A stretch of DNA of 64,000 bases from Nemertoderma westbladi (lineage: Eukaryota; Animalia; Xenacoelomorpha): contig JAUCBJ010007475.1 in assembly GCA_032718475.1 (NCBI GenBank), forward strand, positions 18,617-82,616. The letters run 5' to 3'. The position numbers and the translations under genes are program-made. Below, in pieces: positions 45,777-57,658 of this stretch. Positions within the stretch are counted from its first letter, which is position 1. Every line of letters begins with the position of its first letter. The notes beneath the pieces were generated by a model. It saw nothing but the letters and a program-made list of their open reading frames with translations, was not told where the DNA came from and ran no database searches.

Positions 45777-48700
45777 ATGTATCGATATTTACGAAGTGTG
45801 CGACATGTAAGAGAAAAGAACATCAGCAATCACCATCAACCAGCTCACTGTTTCAGATTTGCACATCCAGGTATCATTGTCAGAGGTTCTGCAACCACTA
45901 GTTTCAATAGACTATTTTGCCTAACTGCTGGGGCATTAGGATTTAAACACAGCTGTCTTACAAATTATAATTTGGGTTATTTCACCCACCTGCACAACAG
46001 AGCAATCACTACTGGTAATATGGATAACCAAATGGATAGCGATAGTGACAGCATCACAGGAGAGTCTACAGTTAAAAAGAAGGTTATTAAGAAACCGGAA
46101 GCTTCTATGCCTTGTACTGCAAATAAACGACTATCTATCGAGAGAATTTATCAGAAGAAGACTCAACTTGAGCATATATTGCTGAGACCTGATACTTATA
46201 TTGGTTCCGTAGAAACGGTAACTCAGCCAATGTGGATTCATGATGGCAGGAAACTGCGTCTTAAAGAAGTTTCTTTTGTCCCCGGTTTGTACAAAATATT
46301 TGATGAGATTCTTGTAAACGCTGCTGATAATAAGGTTCGAGATTCCAACATGAGTCTTATAAAGGTGGTCATAGAACCTGAAAACAATTTAATCAGTGTT
46401 TGGAACAATGGCAGGGGAATTCCTATACAGATACACAAAACCGAGAAAATGTACGTTCCCACCATGATTTTCGGTCATTTGCTGACCTCCAGCAACTTTG
46501 ATGACGACCAGAAGAAGGTAACTGGTGGAAGAAACGGTTATGGAGCTAAATTATGTAACATTTTCTCTAAACGTTTTATCTTGGAGACAGGAAATAAAGA
46601 AGAAGATGGTGCGAAAATATTTAAACAAGAATGGAAAGATAATATGACTCAAACAAAAGATCCTGTTGTGAAATCCGGAAGGGATAATTTTACAAGTGTT
46701 ACCTTCTACCCGGATTTAGAAAAGTTTCATTTATCACGGCTCGAGGATGATTTTGTTGGAATGGTTCGTCGACGTGCCTACGATGTTGCTGCTACCACTC
46801 AGGGTAAAGTGAATGTTACTTTCAATGGAGAACGAATACCTGTGAAGAACTTTAAGGAGTATGTGGAGCTATACATTAAAGCAGTTCATCAAGATGAAGA
46901 TGGTGAAGAAATTCCGCTTGTTTATGAAAAAATAAATGAAAGATGGGAGATAGCACTAACATTCAGTGAAAAAGGTTTCCAACAGGTTAGCTTTGTTAAT
47001 TCCATAGCAACAACGAGTGGTGGTCGGCACATTGATTATGTTGTGGAAAAACTTACTGAGAAAATTATTGTTGCAGTTAAAAAACAAAAGAAGAACAGCC
47101 AAGTTAAACCATTTCAAGTTAAAAGTCATTTGTGGATTTTTGTGAATTGCCTCATTGAAAATCCCACATTCGATTCTCAGACTAAGGAAAACATGACTTT
47201 AGTTGCCAAGAAATTCGGTTCCCAAGTGAATTTATCTGATAAATTCCTAAAGAAAGTGTCACAGATGGGAATCGTTGAGAGAGTAGTTAATTGGATGAAT
47301 CTTAAAGAAGCAGCAGTATTAAATAAGAAATCGGGTACCAAGAAAACAAAACTAAAAGGAATAGCGAAATTAGATGACGCCAATGAAGCCGGGGGTAAAA
47401 ACAGTCGAGATTGCACATTAATATTAACTGAAGGAGATTCGGCCAAAGCCTTGGCAGTTAGTGGGTTGGGGGTTATTGGACGTGATTTATATGGAGTTTA
47501 TCCGCTCCGTGGCAAAGTTCTCAATGTCCGTGATGCAGCCACATCCGCAATATCTGCCAATAAGGAAATTCAAGATCTGGTAAAGATTCTCGGCTTAAAG
47601 TTCCCCTTCAAGTATCGTGATGAGTCGGAATTAAAGTCTCTGAGATACGGAAAGTTGATGATAATGACGGATCAGGACACAGACGGATCCCATATTAAGG
47701 GACTCATTATTAACTTCATTCATTATCATTGGCCGGAATTAGTTCGTTCTAAGTTTATCCAACAGTTTATTACACCGATAGTGAAAGTATCTAAAGGCAG
47801 TGAAGTAAAATCATTGTACAGTATCCCAGAGTTTGATGAATGGAGAGAGGCGACCCCAAATGCTTCGTCTTATAAAGTTAAATATTACAAAGGTTTGGGT
47901 ACATCGACAATGAAAGAAGCCAAAGAATATTTTACCGATATGGCTCGCCATCGTGTTAGTTTTGTTTACCATGGAGATGAGGACGATGAAGCGATCCGAT
48001 TAGCGTTCGCCAAGGAGCGAGCTGATGATCGTAAAGGTTGGCTCACCGACTTCCATACTGAACGCAATGAACGTCGACTCCAAGGTCTACCAGATATTTA
48101 CCTCTACCACGCTAACACACGTAGTGTTAGTTACAAGGAGTTTATTGACAAGGAATTAATACTTTTCTCGAATGCGGATTGCGAAAGATCGATCCCAAAC
48201 GTTATGGATGGATTGAAGCCGGGGCAACGCAAAGTTATATTCGCATGTTTAAAGCGCGGTCTTGATAAGAAAGAAATCAAAGTAGCTCAATTGGCTGGTA
48301 GTGTAGCTGAGTTATCCGCCTATCACCATGGCGAAATGAGTCTCATGTCAACGATTATTTCTCTTGCTCAGGACTTTATCGGTTCCAATAATATCAACCT
48401 CCTGCAGCCCCATGGTCAATTTGGTACTCGTCTTCAAGGAGGTAAAGACGCTGCTTCGCCTCGTTACATCTTCACCCAACTGAGTCCGTTGGCTCGTCAT
48501 TTATTCTCTTTGAAAGACGACCCCTTGTTGGCCTACTTGAAGGACGATAACTTAAAGATAGAACCCATTTGGTATTGCCCGATAATCCCCTTGGTTTTAG
48601 TGAATGGAAGCGATGGAATCGGTACAGGTTGGTCGACGAAGATCCTCAACCATGATGTTCGAGACGTGGTTGATAATATCCGTCGGATGTTGAACGATGA

Positions 48701-50711
48701 GGAACCCCAACCAATGATGCCAAGTTACCGCAACTTCCAGGGTGTCATAGAGGAGTTCCAACCCAATCGATTTGTGGTTCATGGTAAAGCGTCCATCCTA
48801 GATGAGTCAAACACATTAGAGATATCTGAACTTCCTCTACGCTCCTGGACACAATCATACAAAGAGAATAATTTGGAACCGCTTTATAACGGTACTGAGA
48901 AGGTGCCTGCAACAGTTTCTGAGTATAAAGAGTATCATACGGATACAACAGTTCGCTTCCTCGTCAATATGATTAAATCCAACCGACTACAAGAGCTAGA
49001 AGAATCCGGACAGTTATACAAATACTTTAAACTAACTACAACGTTTAGTCACAACTCGATGGTTCTCTATGACCATAACGGAATCATTAATCGATATTCT
49101 TCAACTATCGATATCTTAAAGGAGTTTTACCATGTTCGTTTTGATTTTTACCGCAAGAGAAAAGAATATCGTGAAGGGTTTCTAGAAGCTGAGGCCAATA
49201 AACTGTCTGCTCAGGCAAAGTTCGTCTTGGAGAAAATAACAGGGGAGATTCGGGTGGAAGATTTGAAAAAAGTTGATATATTGAAAAAGTTGATAACTCG
49301 AGGTTATCCATCGGACCCTGTAAAGGTTTGGAAAGATAAAGTGTCTGCTGGTGATAATGATGATGATGACGAAGAGAACATCGAAAATGAGGAGGACGAT
49401 AAAACAACTGGGGCGGATTATGATTACCTATTGGGGATGAAGTTGTGGAGTTTGACCCGAGAAAGAAAGGAAGAATTGCTCAAACAGAAGGACAATAAAC
49501 TAATGGAACTAAAGACGCTAAAAGGGAAGACATTGAAAGATCTGTGGACGGAAGATCTCGATGGGTTTATGGCTGAGTTGGAAAAACTAGAAGCAAAAGA
49601 GCGCGAGGAGGCTTCGCCAAGTAAAGTCGCTAAGAGCTCTAATATATTGAAATCAAGTAAAGCGAAGCGAGCTCTTGAGAATACTAAGCCAGATAAATTG
49701 GGTCGCTTTGTGGAACCAAAGTTTGAGATTCCAAAAACCGCAGAAGCTGGTCCTAAAGTTCCTAAGAAGAAAAAGGAAGTTGTGAAGGTAGAGAAAGGGG
49801 TTAAGAAGGACCCGCCCACACCATCCCTCAAAGAACGCCTGTTGGCAAAGGGAATTGAGTTAAATGGTAAAGGAGATGTTCCGAAGAATTCAACTCAAAG
49901 TAAACTTACTTTCTTTAAAAAAGTTAAAGACGAGAGCGATGATGTTAGTTTTGTGGATGAAGCCGCAGCTGAACCTATCCCTCCTAGAGAGCGTGGTAAC
50001 CAGCGTAGGGCTGCGGCTGCTGTTAAGTACAACTTTAGTGAAGACGAAGAGGATGACGACTACTCTTCAACCAAGAATAATCGCAATTACGTAATTGATG
50101 ACGACAGCGATGAAGACTACGATGTAAATGTTGTAAAGGATAGCCGACCTTCATCTCTTGATAACCAGCCAGGAGTTTCATCTAGTCGAAACGTTCATGA
50201 TGCTGAAGATTTTAATGGAATTAATGATCTTGTTAATGATGATGACGACATTGTAGAACCTTCCCCACCCCCCAAGCCTAAAGCTAAACCAGCCAATAAG
50301 GTTGCTTCTAAAAAAGAGACAAATTTAAAAGCTACTATCAGTAAACCGAAGCCCAGTAAGCAACCTAAACAAACAAAGAAGAAAGTAGATAAACCCGCCG
50401 ATCCCAAACAGCCGTCCATTTTTTCTGCTTTCGATCGAATGATTTCGGACGGCGATGAACTTGAAGTTAATGTCGCAACTAAACAGAAACTTAAATCGAA
50501 AATTCCCGCTCCTAAATACGGCGGTGATTCTGACAGCGACGATTCTGATTTCCGGCCCCAATTGAAGAAACGCCGGAAGGATGATTCCGATTCGGATTTT
50601 ATTCCGGGTGGTTCTCCGACTAAAGTTTCACCGATCGCGAAACCGAGCAATAAAAGGCAACGAGCGCAGCCTAAATACTACAAACTCGATTCGGATAGCG
50701 ACGACTTTTGA
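45777..50711 (+). CDS. TOP2: DNA topoisomerase II, single exon (alternative start at ATG 46020)
   Basis: GHKL ATPase (DEILVNAADN, GGRNGYGAK), TOPRIM (EGDSA, PLRGK, MTDQDTDGSHIKG), catalytic SPRYIFT, charged C-terminal domain; 1644 aa from the first ATG, uninterrupted. Confidence 0.98.
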   Translation: MYRYLRSVRHVREKNISNHHQPAHCFRFAHPGIIVRGSATTSFNRLFCLTAGALGFKHSCLTNYNLGYFTHLHNRAITTGNMDNQMDSDSDSITGESTVKKKVIKKPEASMPCTANKRLSIERIYQKKTQLEHILLRPDTYIGSVETVTQPMWIHDGRKLRLKEVSFVPGLYKIFDEILVNAADNKVRDSNMSLIKVVIEPENNLISVWNNGRGIPIQIHKTEKMYVPTMIFGHLLTSSNFDDDQKKVTGGRNGYGAKLCNIFSKRFILETGNKEEDGAKIFKQEWKDNMTQTKDPVVKSGRDNFTSVTFYPDLEKFHLSRLEDDFVGMVRRRAYDVAATTQGKVNVTFNGERIPVKNFKEYVELYIKAVHQDEDGEEIPLVYEKINERWEIALTFSEKGFQQVSFVNSIATTSGGRHIDYVVEKLTEKIIVAVKKQKKNSQVKPFQVKSHLWIFVNCLIENPTFDSQTKENMTLVAKKFGSQVNLSDKFLKKVSQMGIVERVVNWMNLKEAAVLNKKSGTKKTKLKGIAKLDDANEAGGKNSRDCTLILTEGDSAKALAVSGLGVIGRDLYGVYPLRGKVLNVRDAATSAISANKEIQDLVKILGLKFPFKYRDESELKSLRYGKLMIMTDQDTDGSHIKGLIINFIHYHWPELVRSKFIQQFITPIVKVSKGSEVKSLYSIPEFDEWREATPNASSYKVKYYKGLGTSTMKEAKEYFTDMARHRVSFVYHGDEDDEAIRLAFAKERADDRKGWLTDFHTERNERRLQGLPDIYLYHANTRSVSYKEFIDKELILFSNADCERSIPNVMDGLKPGQRKVIFACLKRGLDKKEIKVAQLAGSVAELSAYHHGEMSLMSTIISLAQDFIGSNNINLLQPHGQFGTRLQGGKDAASPRYIFTQLSPLARHLFSLKDDPLLAYLKDDNLKIEPIWYCPIIPLVLVNGSDGIGTGWSTKILNHDVRDVVDNIRRMLNDEEPQPMMPSYRNFQGVIEEFQPNRFVVHGKASILDESNTLEISELPLRSWTQSYKENNLEPLYNGTEKVPATVSEYKEYHTDTTVRFLVNMIKSNRLQELEESGQLYKYFKLTTTFSHNSMVLYDHNGIINRYSSTIDILKEFYHVRFDFYRKRKEYREGFLEAEANKLSAQAKFVLEKITGEIRVEDLKKVDILKKLITRGYPSDPVKVWKDKVSAGDNDDDDEENIENEEDDKTTGADYDYLLGMKLWSLTRERKEELLKQKDNKLMELKTLKGKTLKDLWTEDLDGFMAELEKLEAKEREEASPSKVAKSSNILKSSKAKRALENTKPDKLGRFVEPKFEIPKTAEAGPKVPKKKKEVVKVEKGVKKDPPTPSLKERLLAKGIELNGKGDVPKNSTQSKLTFFKKVKDESDDVSFVDEAAAEPIPPRERGNQRRAAAAVKYNFSEDEEDDDYSSTKNNRNYVIDDDSDEDYDVNVVKDSRPSSLDNQPGVSSSRNVHDAEDFNGINDLVNDDDDIVEPSPPPKPKAKPANKVASKKETNLKATISKPKPSKQPKQTKKKVDKPADPKQPSIFSAFDRMISDGDELEVNVATKQKLKSKIPAPKYGGDSDSDDSDFRPQLKKRRKDDSDSDFIPGGSPTKVSPIAKPSNKRQRAQPKYYKLDSDSDDF

Positions 50712-52911
50712 ATCAACTGTGGCAGTTTACTTTTAAGGCCAAACCAATATCAACCTAAAACGTCGTGATCATATATAACCTTCTGCATTTCGTTAGGATT
50801 TCAATTCAACTTAATTATATCGTATTAAATACATTATTACTGTATATCTTATTAATTTTTTTTTTAGGGTCAAGTGTCATTTAATATATTATTCGAAATA
50901 TTATTTAATCGAAATATACATAATTATAAAAAAGTCAGCTATGTCATATCAAAGTTATACAAAACATTAATTTATATAAGCCTAAATATCTATAATACTT
51001 ACATGTATTTTATTAACAAAATTCAAAGTAAAAGATTGTAGTTCTTAATCTTAAGATTAATTTAAAACTTACACAGCATTTGGGTAAAATATTAATATGA
51101 TATAATAAAAAAATAATATAATAAATAAATATCAGTAGGCTAAAGGTAAGTGGAGTCACGCAGACCCGCCCCATCGCCATCGCCAACGCCATATCTTTTC
51201 AATACATTACATTATTACTGTTTATTGTTAATTTTCGCATATTGCTACGGAAACTAGGTAAAATTGTAATCGTATAATTTTAAAAAAATGTTCTATAAAT
51301 GTTGTTTTTTCCTAAAATTATACTCTTTTCTTAGAAATTGCTCTGATAAGGGATTCTAGAAAATATATGTTGCAGTATATTCATATAATTTTATGTATTA
51401 TCCTATGGTACAGCAATATACCAAACTTGCTACGGTTTCTTTCTATAATGTACTGTAGCTATATATTTCAGATTAAGCAAAATGACCATCTCAATAGGAT
51501 TCACAGATTGGCACTTTAAATTCTACTCCAGTATTCGTAAGAATGATAACTCTTATTACAATCTGACCTCACCAAAAGCCATGCGAGCATCATTAAATTA
51601 GATAGAAACGGCATAGAAAAAGTGAAGATCTTTTCGCTGTTTACCATCTTATTAATTTAATTTAATTTTAATGGGGGGGGGGGGGGGGGGGGGGGGGGTA
51701 CTAGTGTAACTAACCCATGTCACCATAATTCTGCCTTTGTATAGCTGTTTTGGCTTGTGATTTATGTTCTGGTACATATTTCTGACTCGTTACATGTTTA
51801 ATTTTTGTGGTAGCTAGTATTTTCAATGGTACTTAATCTATTCATAAAAATGGTACAGCAGCTAGTGTTTATAAAAATACCAACAAATCGTATTATTATT
51901 ACGAATATCCATAGTAAATTTGGTTTATCTTTATTTATTTATCAGTGAAAAGAGCCTAGTATTGAAGAAAGTAAAATGACGTTATTTCTGCAACAATTAA
52001 TTAAATAAGATAATTAAAAAATACAGTAGTTTCATGATAACAACCACGGTGAGTTGAACTAGTTCTGTGTTTCAAATTTCAAGTAATATGATAAAGATTT
52101 GTAGAAAAATTTGGGGGGGTGTCCGTGTCATCAGAAAATGACGCTACAGACGGGTCATTGTGTAATACTGTATGTTATCTTCTCCCTATCTTTGAAAATA
52201 TTTATTTATATAAAAAGGCATTTGCGTTAATCGGATGAACTCCATTTTATTATCATTGCATTCACAATCACAGAAAACCTACGAATCACAGGAATTAGAT
52301 CATACAATGTATATTTAAAAATTAAATTTTGAAAATTTCGAATAGCGGATGCTCCCACTTTTGGTGCACGCATAAAAAATGGTACTTGCATTACTACAGT
52401 ACTATGAACTTAATTTCAAATCCATTGAATTCGCGATCACAGAAAACCTATAAATCGCGGGAATATACAGTATGTCAAATTAATGATAATTTCGAAACAA
52501 TCAATTTTTGGTGCCCGCACGAAAATGCCTGTTAGGCCTCTGAACTAAACATTAGATATATTGTACTCAACTCCACATCCAAAAAGAGATGTAGAGTACT
52601 TAGGGTTTGTATGGTTTTGGGCAACTTTATGATTTACTCTATAATTTTTTATTTTAAAAAATCCTGAAATGGGTGCGAGAAAGGTCCTGTATGAAAAAAA
52701 CGGGCGAAGTTAGATGCACGGTTTTTTTCCTTTGAAAGAGGAATAAATTTGAGGAAAGGTCCAGAAGTTTCAAGGTCATACCTCTAACCTGTTAGGTATG
52801 CCAGCGGCTTTTATAATGGTCTGGGCGGATTCCACCCCCCCCCCCCCCCCCGCAGGGTAGATAGAGTTAAGCTTTGTAGCCATCGATGACTGTTTGTGAT
52901 CCCGGACTTCT

Positions 52912-53300
52912 TTAGGTGTTTTGGTCAAGGCGCCGTAAGGAAAAGCTAATAGACGCACCCAAGAGAGGTGATTGTTTCTCCTGGGCCTCTTTCAATAGTG
53001 TCACTAGGGCAACAGCACCTACAATTATTGCCCCTTTGGGGATTTTGGCAATTTTACGCGATTCGATTGCTTCAGCTGGGAGAAGTACTCTGGAAGATAA
53101 TTGATGAGGGCAGCTGTATCTTTGGAGAGTGTCAGGTTGGGCTTGGGCCCTTTCTTTGCAGCTATCCAAACATGTTCCACAGAACCAATCAACCAGGCCG
53201 ACACAAGAGAGATGGTGACGGCTGACGGGTATTACACTGAGCACATGTTCCCATGAGTTTTCGCTGATTGATTTCATTACAGGTGGCACGTGCCTTGCTG
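52912..53300 (-). pseudogene. Possible degraded PHD-finger-containing (transposase-like) remnant
   Basis: HLSCVGL.DWFCGTC resembles the C-terminal half of a PHD finger; the rest is unrecognisable. Confidence 0.25.
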
Positions 53301-53636
53301 CTGATTGGTCGGAGTACAGGTTGGCCAACCAGTTACGTTTCGAACCTATTACTGTATTATATAGGCCTACATAAGGGCTGGTGGTAAGAGCTGAGTAGTT
53401 CATTGACAGTAAACGTATCAGCATGTGCTGATGTGACAAACCAAACGTGCACAACTGGGCAAACATTCACGCGATTATTCACACTCCCAGGACCCTGTCA
53501 GCCTGTGTCTTTTAGTTTTATATTTATTTATATAATATCTGAATATAGGCCTACATAATGTGAATGTGTACCCCGTTCCCGTAGCGGTACCGGTACCGCG
53601 TACAGTAGGCCTACAGATTCAGCGGCAGCTCGGCCA

Positions 53637-54171
53637 ATGAAGTACCAACGAACCGACGTATGCGGATTACTAATTGGTTTCCTAGTTCTCCAACTCAGAG
53701 TATCCTGCGTTAACCCACTCGATTCCAGTTCGACCTGCCAACGATTATCTACCTCATATGAATGCGACGATGCCAGAAACGAAACCCGCAGATTCAGAAC
53801 CTACATAAATCTCTACAAAGGGGCGACTTGGCGCTACCGGTACAGCAGCGCAACCCATACAGCGGGTTGCTCCGACTGCTCCTGTTATTCAGACTCGATA
53901 TCCTCCGATTTGGGAGCCTTCCGCAGCGGTATCAGCGAGTCATTGTACCGCTCCACCGTGTCACGGACCTCGGCTGTACGGTACCAGCTGATCGCCGGGC
54001 GGGTTTACCGCCAACCGCAGTGCGCTTTCCCGACACGCTGCCAAGGTGTCGAACACTTCCTACTCCGTCTCGCACCGTCGTTACCCGATCTAGAATTAGC
54101 GATCAATGTTCACGATTATCCGGCCAGCCCTAAAGGAATCACTCTACCTGTATTCTCCTTTAGTAAACCCG
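53637..54171 (+). CDS. POGLUT1: Protein O-glucosyltransferase 1 / Rumi (CAP10/GT90), exon 1
   Basis: Hydrophobic signal peptide; CAFPTRCQGVEHFL, LPDLELAINVHDYP, PVFSFSK; donor G|GTTAGT at 54171/54172. Confidence 0.9.
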
Positions 54172-54804
54172 GTTAGTCTGTTAGTTAGAAAATTTTGTTA
54201 CTTTATAGGTCTAATTATTTACAAATAATCCATTTTGATCCAAATTGATATACATCAATCTGCTGAGTTTGCAGTCAGTTGCACTTTTCTAACCATAGGC
54301 CTACGGTAACTATTTTTGGTTATAGGAATTTTGGAAATTGTTTGCTCATGTCAGCATTTCTTTTCTTTTCCGACATTGACGTGTTTGGGCTGTTGAGCGA
54401 GTTTTTAAATGTGTGTGGGAGGGGGGGGGGGGGGGGGGGCTGTATTGAATCCATCCAAAAAGTGCGCCGGATAGCGCGCCGACCAATTTTTATGCGCGCC
54501 GCGCGCCGATGCTATTTCGAAGCAAACCCCGCGCCATCGAAATTTTTAAGCGCGTGGTAACTAAGTTATTACAAAACTTGCCGCTCATGGCCAACTTGTA
54601 CCATAACATTTTCAAAAGAAGAATACCAATAGGCGATAGGCTGTAGAGCAACTATAAAAAGTGTCATTATGTATAGTAAGTGGTGTCTGGTTTGTGTACC
54701 AAACACGCGCTACTGTTGTACCGGTAACCCTAAATACCTTCCCTTAATATGGTTATGACAGTGTCAGTGAGTCCATCTCATGTATCTTTTAACTTCCCCT
54801 TTAG

Positions 54805-55502
54805 ACGGCTACTCGGATATTCTGTACCCGGCCTGGTCGTTCTGGGCGGGCGGCCCGGCCGTATGGCCGTTGTACCCCACCGGTCTGGGCCGATGGGACG
54901 TCCATCGGACCTCGCTAGCCGCGTCCGCCGTCCGCCATCCTTGGCCGACTCGGAAACCCGTCGCTTTCTTCCGGGGCTCCCGCACCTCGTCCCAACGCGA
55001 CCCACTAATCCTCGCTTCGCGTCGGTCCCCCGGTCTACTCGACGCCTCGTACACGAGGAACCAGGCATGGCGCTCTGACGCGGACACCCTCGGCGCACCG
55101 CCCGCTACCGTGATCCCCTTAGAAGACCACTGCGCGTATAAATACCTCGTGGACATTAGAGGCGTCGCTGCTAGCTTCCGTCTCAAACATTTATTCCTTT
55201 GTCGTTCTCTTGTGTTTCGCGTTGAAACTGATTGGCGCGAGTTCTTTTACTCGGCGTTACGACCGTGGGTGCATTACATCCCTGTTGCTGATGACGTCAG
55301 CGATATAGAGACACTAATAGAGTTCGCTAAGAACTTCGATGACATTGCTAAAGATATTGCGCGGAGAGGGGCTGATTTTATTGAAGATAACTTGACTCTG
55401 GATCATGTAGAATGTTACTGGCGCCAATTACTCAGCCAATATTATAAATTATTGAAGTTCAAACCGGTAGCCAATGAAACATTTATTCATATAAGTAGCT
55501 GA
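54805..55502 (+). CDS. POGLUT1: Protein O-glucosyltransferase 1 / Rumi, exon 2
   Basis: Acceptor CTTCCCCTTTAG|AC, phase-1 join giving [70 protein letters not shown]. Confidence 0.92.
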
Positions 55503-57658
55503 ATAGATTCTAACATAATTAAAAGTGAGAAAATTTGCAATGATTTACAGTAACAAACGCTGCTTTATTTCATATTATTTTGTAAAGTTTTTTTACCTAA
55601 GATTTTTTTGTATGATATAATTTGATGAGCTAAATATAAAAAAAGTAACTATTTATTGGAAAAATGCCTAATGTTACCGGCGTGAAAGTTAACCCTCCCT
55701 CTTATCTGCAATTGTTACAAATACGGCCTTTCCTTTGTGGCAGAGGACTGGCAACCGTGTATTAGGAAGTTCAATAATATTAGAGATTCGAACTACAGTA
55801 AATAGTATGACTCGGAATTTGGATTGCATTCATTGGCAAAATAAAGTTTTTATTAACGGACACGCATTTTTGTTAAATCTTAAATTGTAAATTTTCGCCC
55901 GAATATAACCCAAAATCGGGAGAAAGGGGAGAACCTTTTTTCGTGAGGAAAAAATAAAAAATGGGAAAAGTTATACTTTTTCCCGGCGTATGCAAGCTCT
56001 CTAACTAAAATAATTTAAGTTATGGCTGCAATCCAATTTCCGAGTAATACTATTTATTAATCCCTAATATATTCCAGAACACTATATAATTTAACATAAC
56101 GCAAAGCATCACCAGGAGTTGAAGAGTACTGTACTAATTGAATCGCATAACTATGGAAGTACTATCTTTTATTAAAGAATTGAGCAACTGAAAGTACCAC
56201 TACGAATTTAAGAAAAAAATTAAATCTTACATGGGAAAAAAACGCAGGCCTAGTAATTATTTTTCCCAAAATTAACTCGACTGTTTATCAACCTTAATGA
56301 TTTACCGGTATTATAATAGGCCTACATTTATTTACCTTGCTGATTCTCAGTAAATATAATAGGTTTGAAATATATAATATATATTATTAACTTATTGGAA
56401 ACTCTGTAATGGCTTTAATTGCACAAACTAGGTAAAATAATGAATCTGGAATTATTGCAGGACTTAGTACCTAAATAAGCTACAATATCCACAACCTGGG
56501 ACAGAGAATTCTCATGGACAATGGATCCATCTAAGAAACCACCGGGTAAAGATTATTAATTGAAGCGGCGATGAACCTACCAAGCCGTCGACTCCATGTC
56601 CTAGGGATTCCTCGAGTCTCGAGTAAACCGGTTGGATGGGGACAACGACCAGAATGGGGTCGGTCAGCTTGGTACGAGTCTGAAAAGGCATCGGCGGGCC
56701 ACGATGACACTAGGCCTCGTTTGGGAACGAGCGGCGACGACTCAGTGCGACAACCAAGGAAAGTCATCATCGGTTACCAGAGAGGCGAGAAGCTGGCACG
56801 TTGCTAGAGCTTCCTAGACGATAATTCCAGTTTACTTGGAATATACAGAGATCACAAAGTGCCTGGTCAACTGAACGGACAAGCAGATATGGAGCTTTGT
56901 AAGCGATACGACAAACAGGCACCCTGACAATCGGTCGTTATAGTCCTGGTCAACCTCGACGGGTTCGTATTGGTCTGCAGGATTTTCCCTCCTCACCGGG
57001 ACCCCGAGCCGAAAGGGTCGACATGGTTGCTGCTGGAGGATATCCACAAGGTAATCCGCAATCGTATTACGTAATCGGTAACCAGCCAGCTGCTAGAGAT
57101 GCTGGGATGTCGACTTCCATACGATTTTCCGACCATGGATGGGACTGGATACCTACGGTACCAAATTTATGTTGCTTATAACTACTTATTTTTGTGTTGT
57201 ATCCTATAGAGTACTGGAGTAGGTATTGTAAACTTGTCCCTTATTAATACTGTATGTTTGCCTTTAGTACTGTATGTTGTAGAAGCCCTTGTGCATTTTA
57301 ATTATTTTTACTTGAACCTAACTATGCTTTGCCGGTTTTTTATATAATTTAATTTTAATGTAATTTAATTTTAATGTAATTTAATTTTTATTTAATAATT
57401 AATATACACCAACTGTAAGTACTGTAAATAAACTATATATAATTTTAATTATTTTACTAATTTTACTTGAATCTTGAATACCATTATATCCGTATTTTTA
57501 TTATAATAGTACAGTACATAAATATGCTAATTAGAGTACTTTGCCAGATATGTGTTCATTTTATTTTAATCCACTGTACATGTGCAAAATTGATATTTTA
57601 TTGTTATTCTGGCGATATTAATAACATAGCAATACATACCTGTAGCAAATGATTAATT

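Larger units (their letters stand above)
34050..46939 (+). repeat. Segmental duplication copy B (upstream region and 5' part of the intact TOP2), expanded by DNA-transposon insertions
   Basis: Colinear with 1342-8742 except for insertions 35004-39367, 39713-40555 and 40629-42725. Confidence 0.95.
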
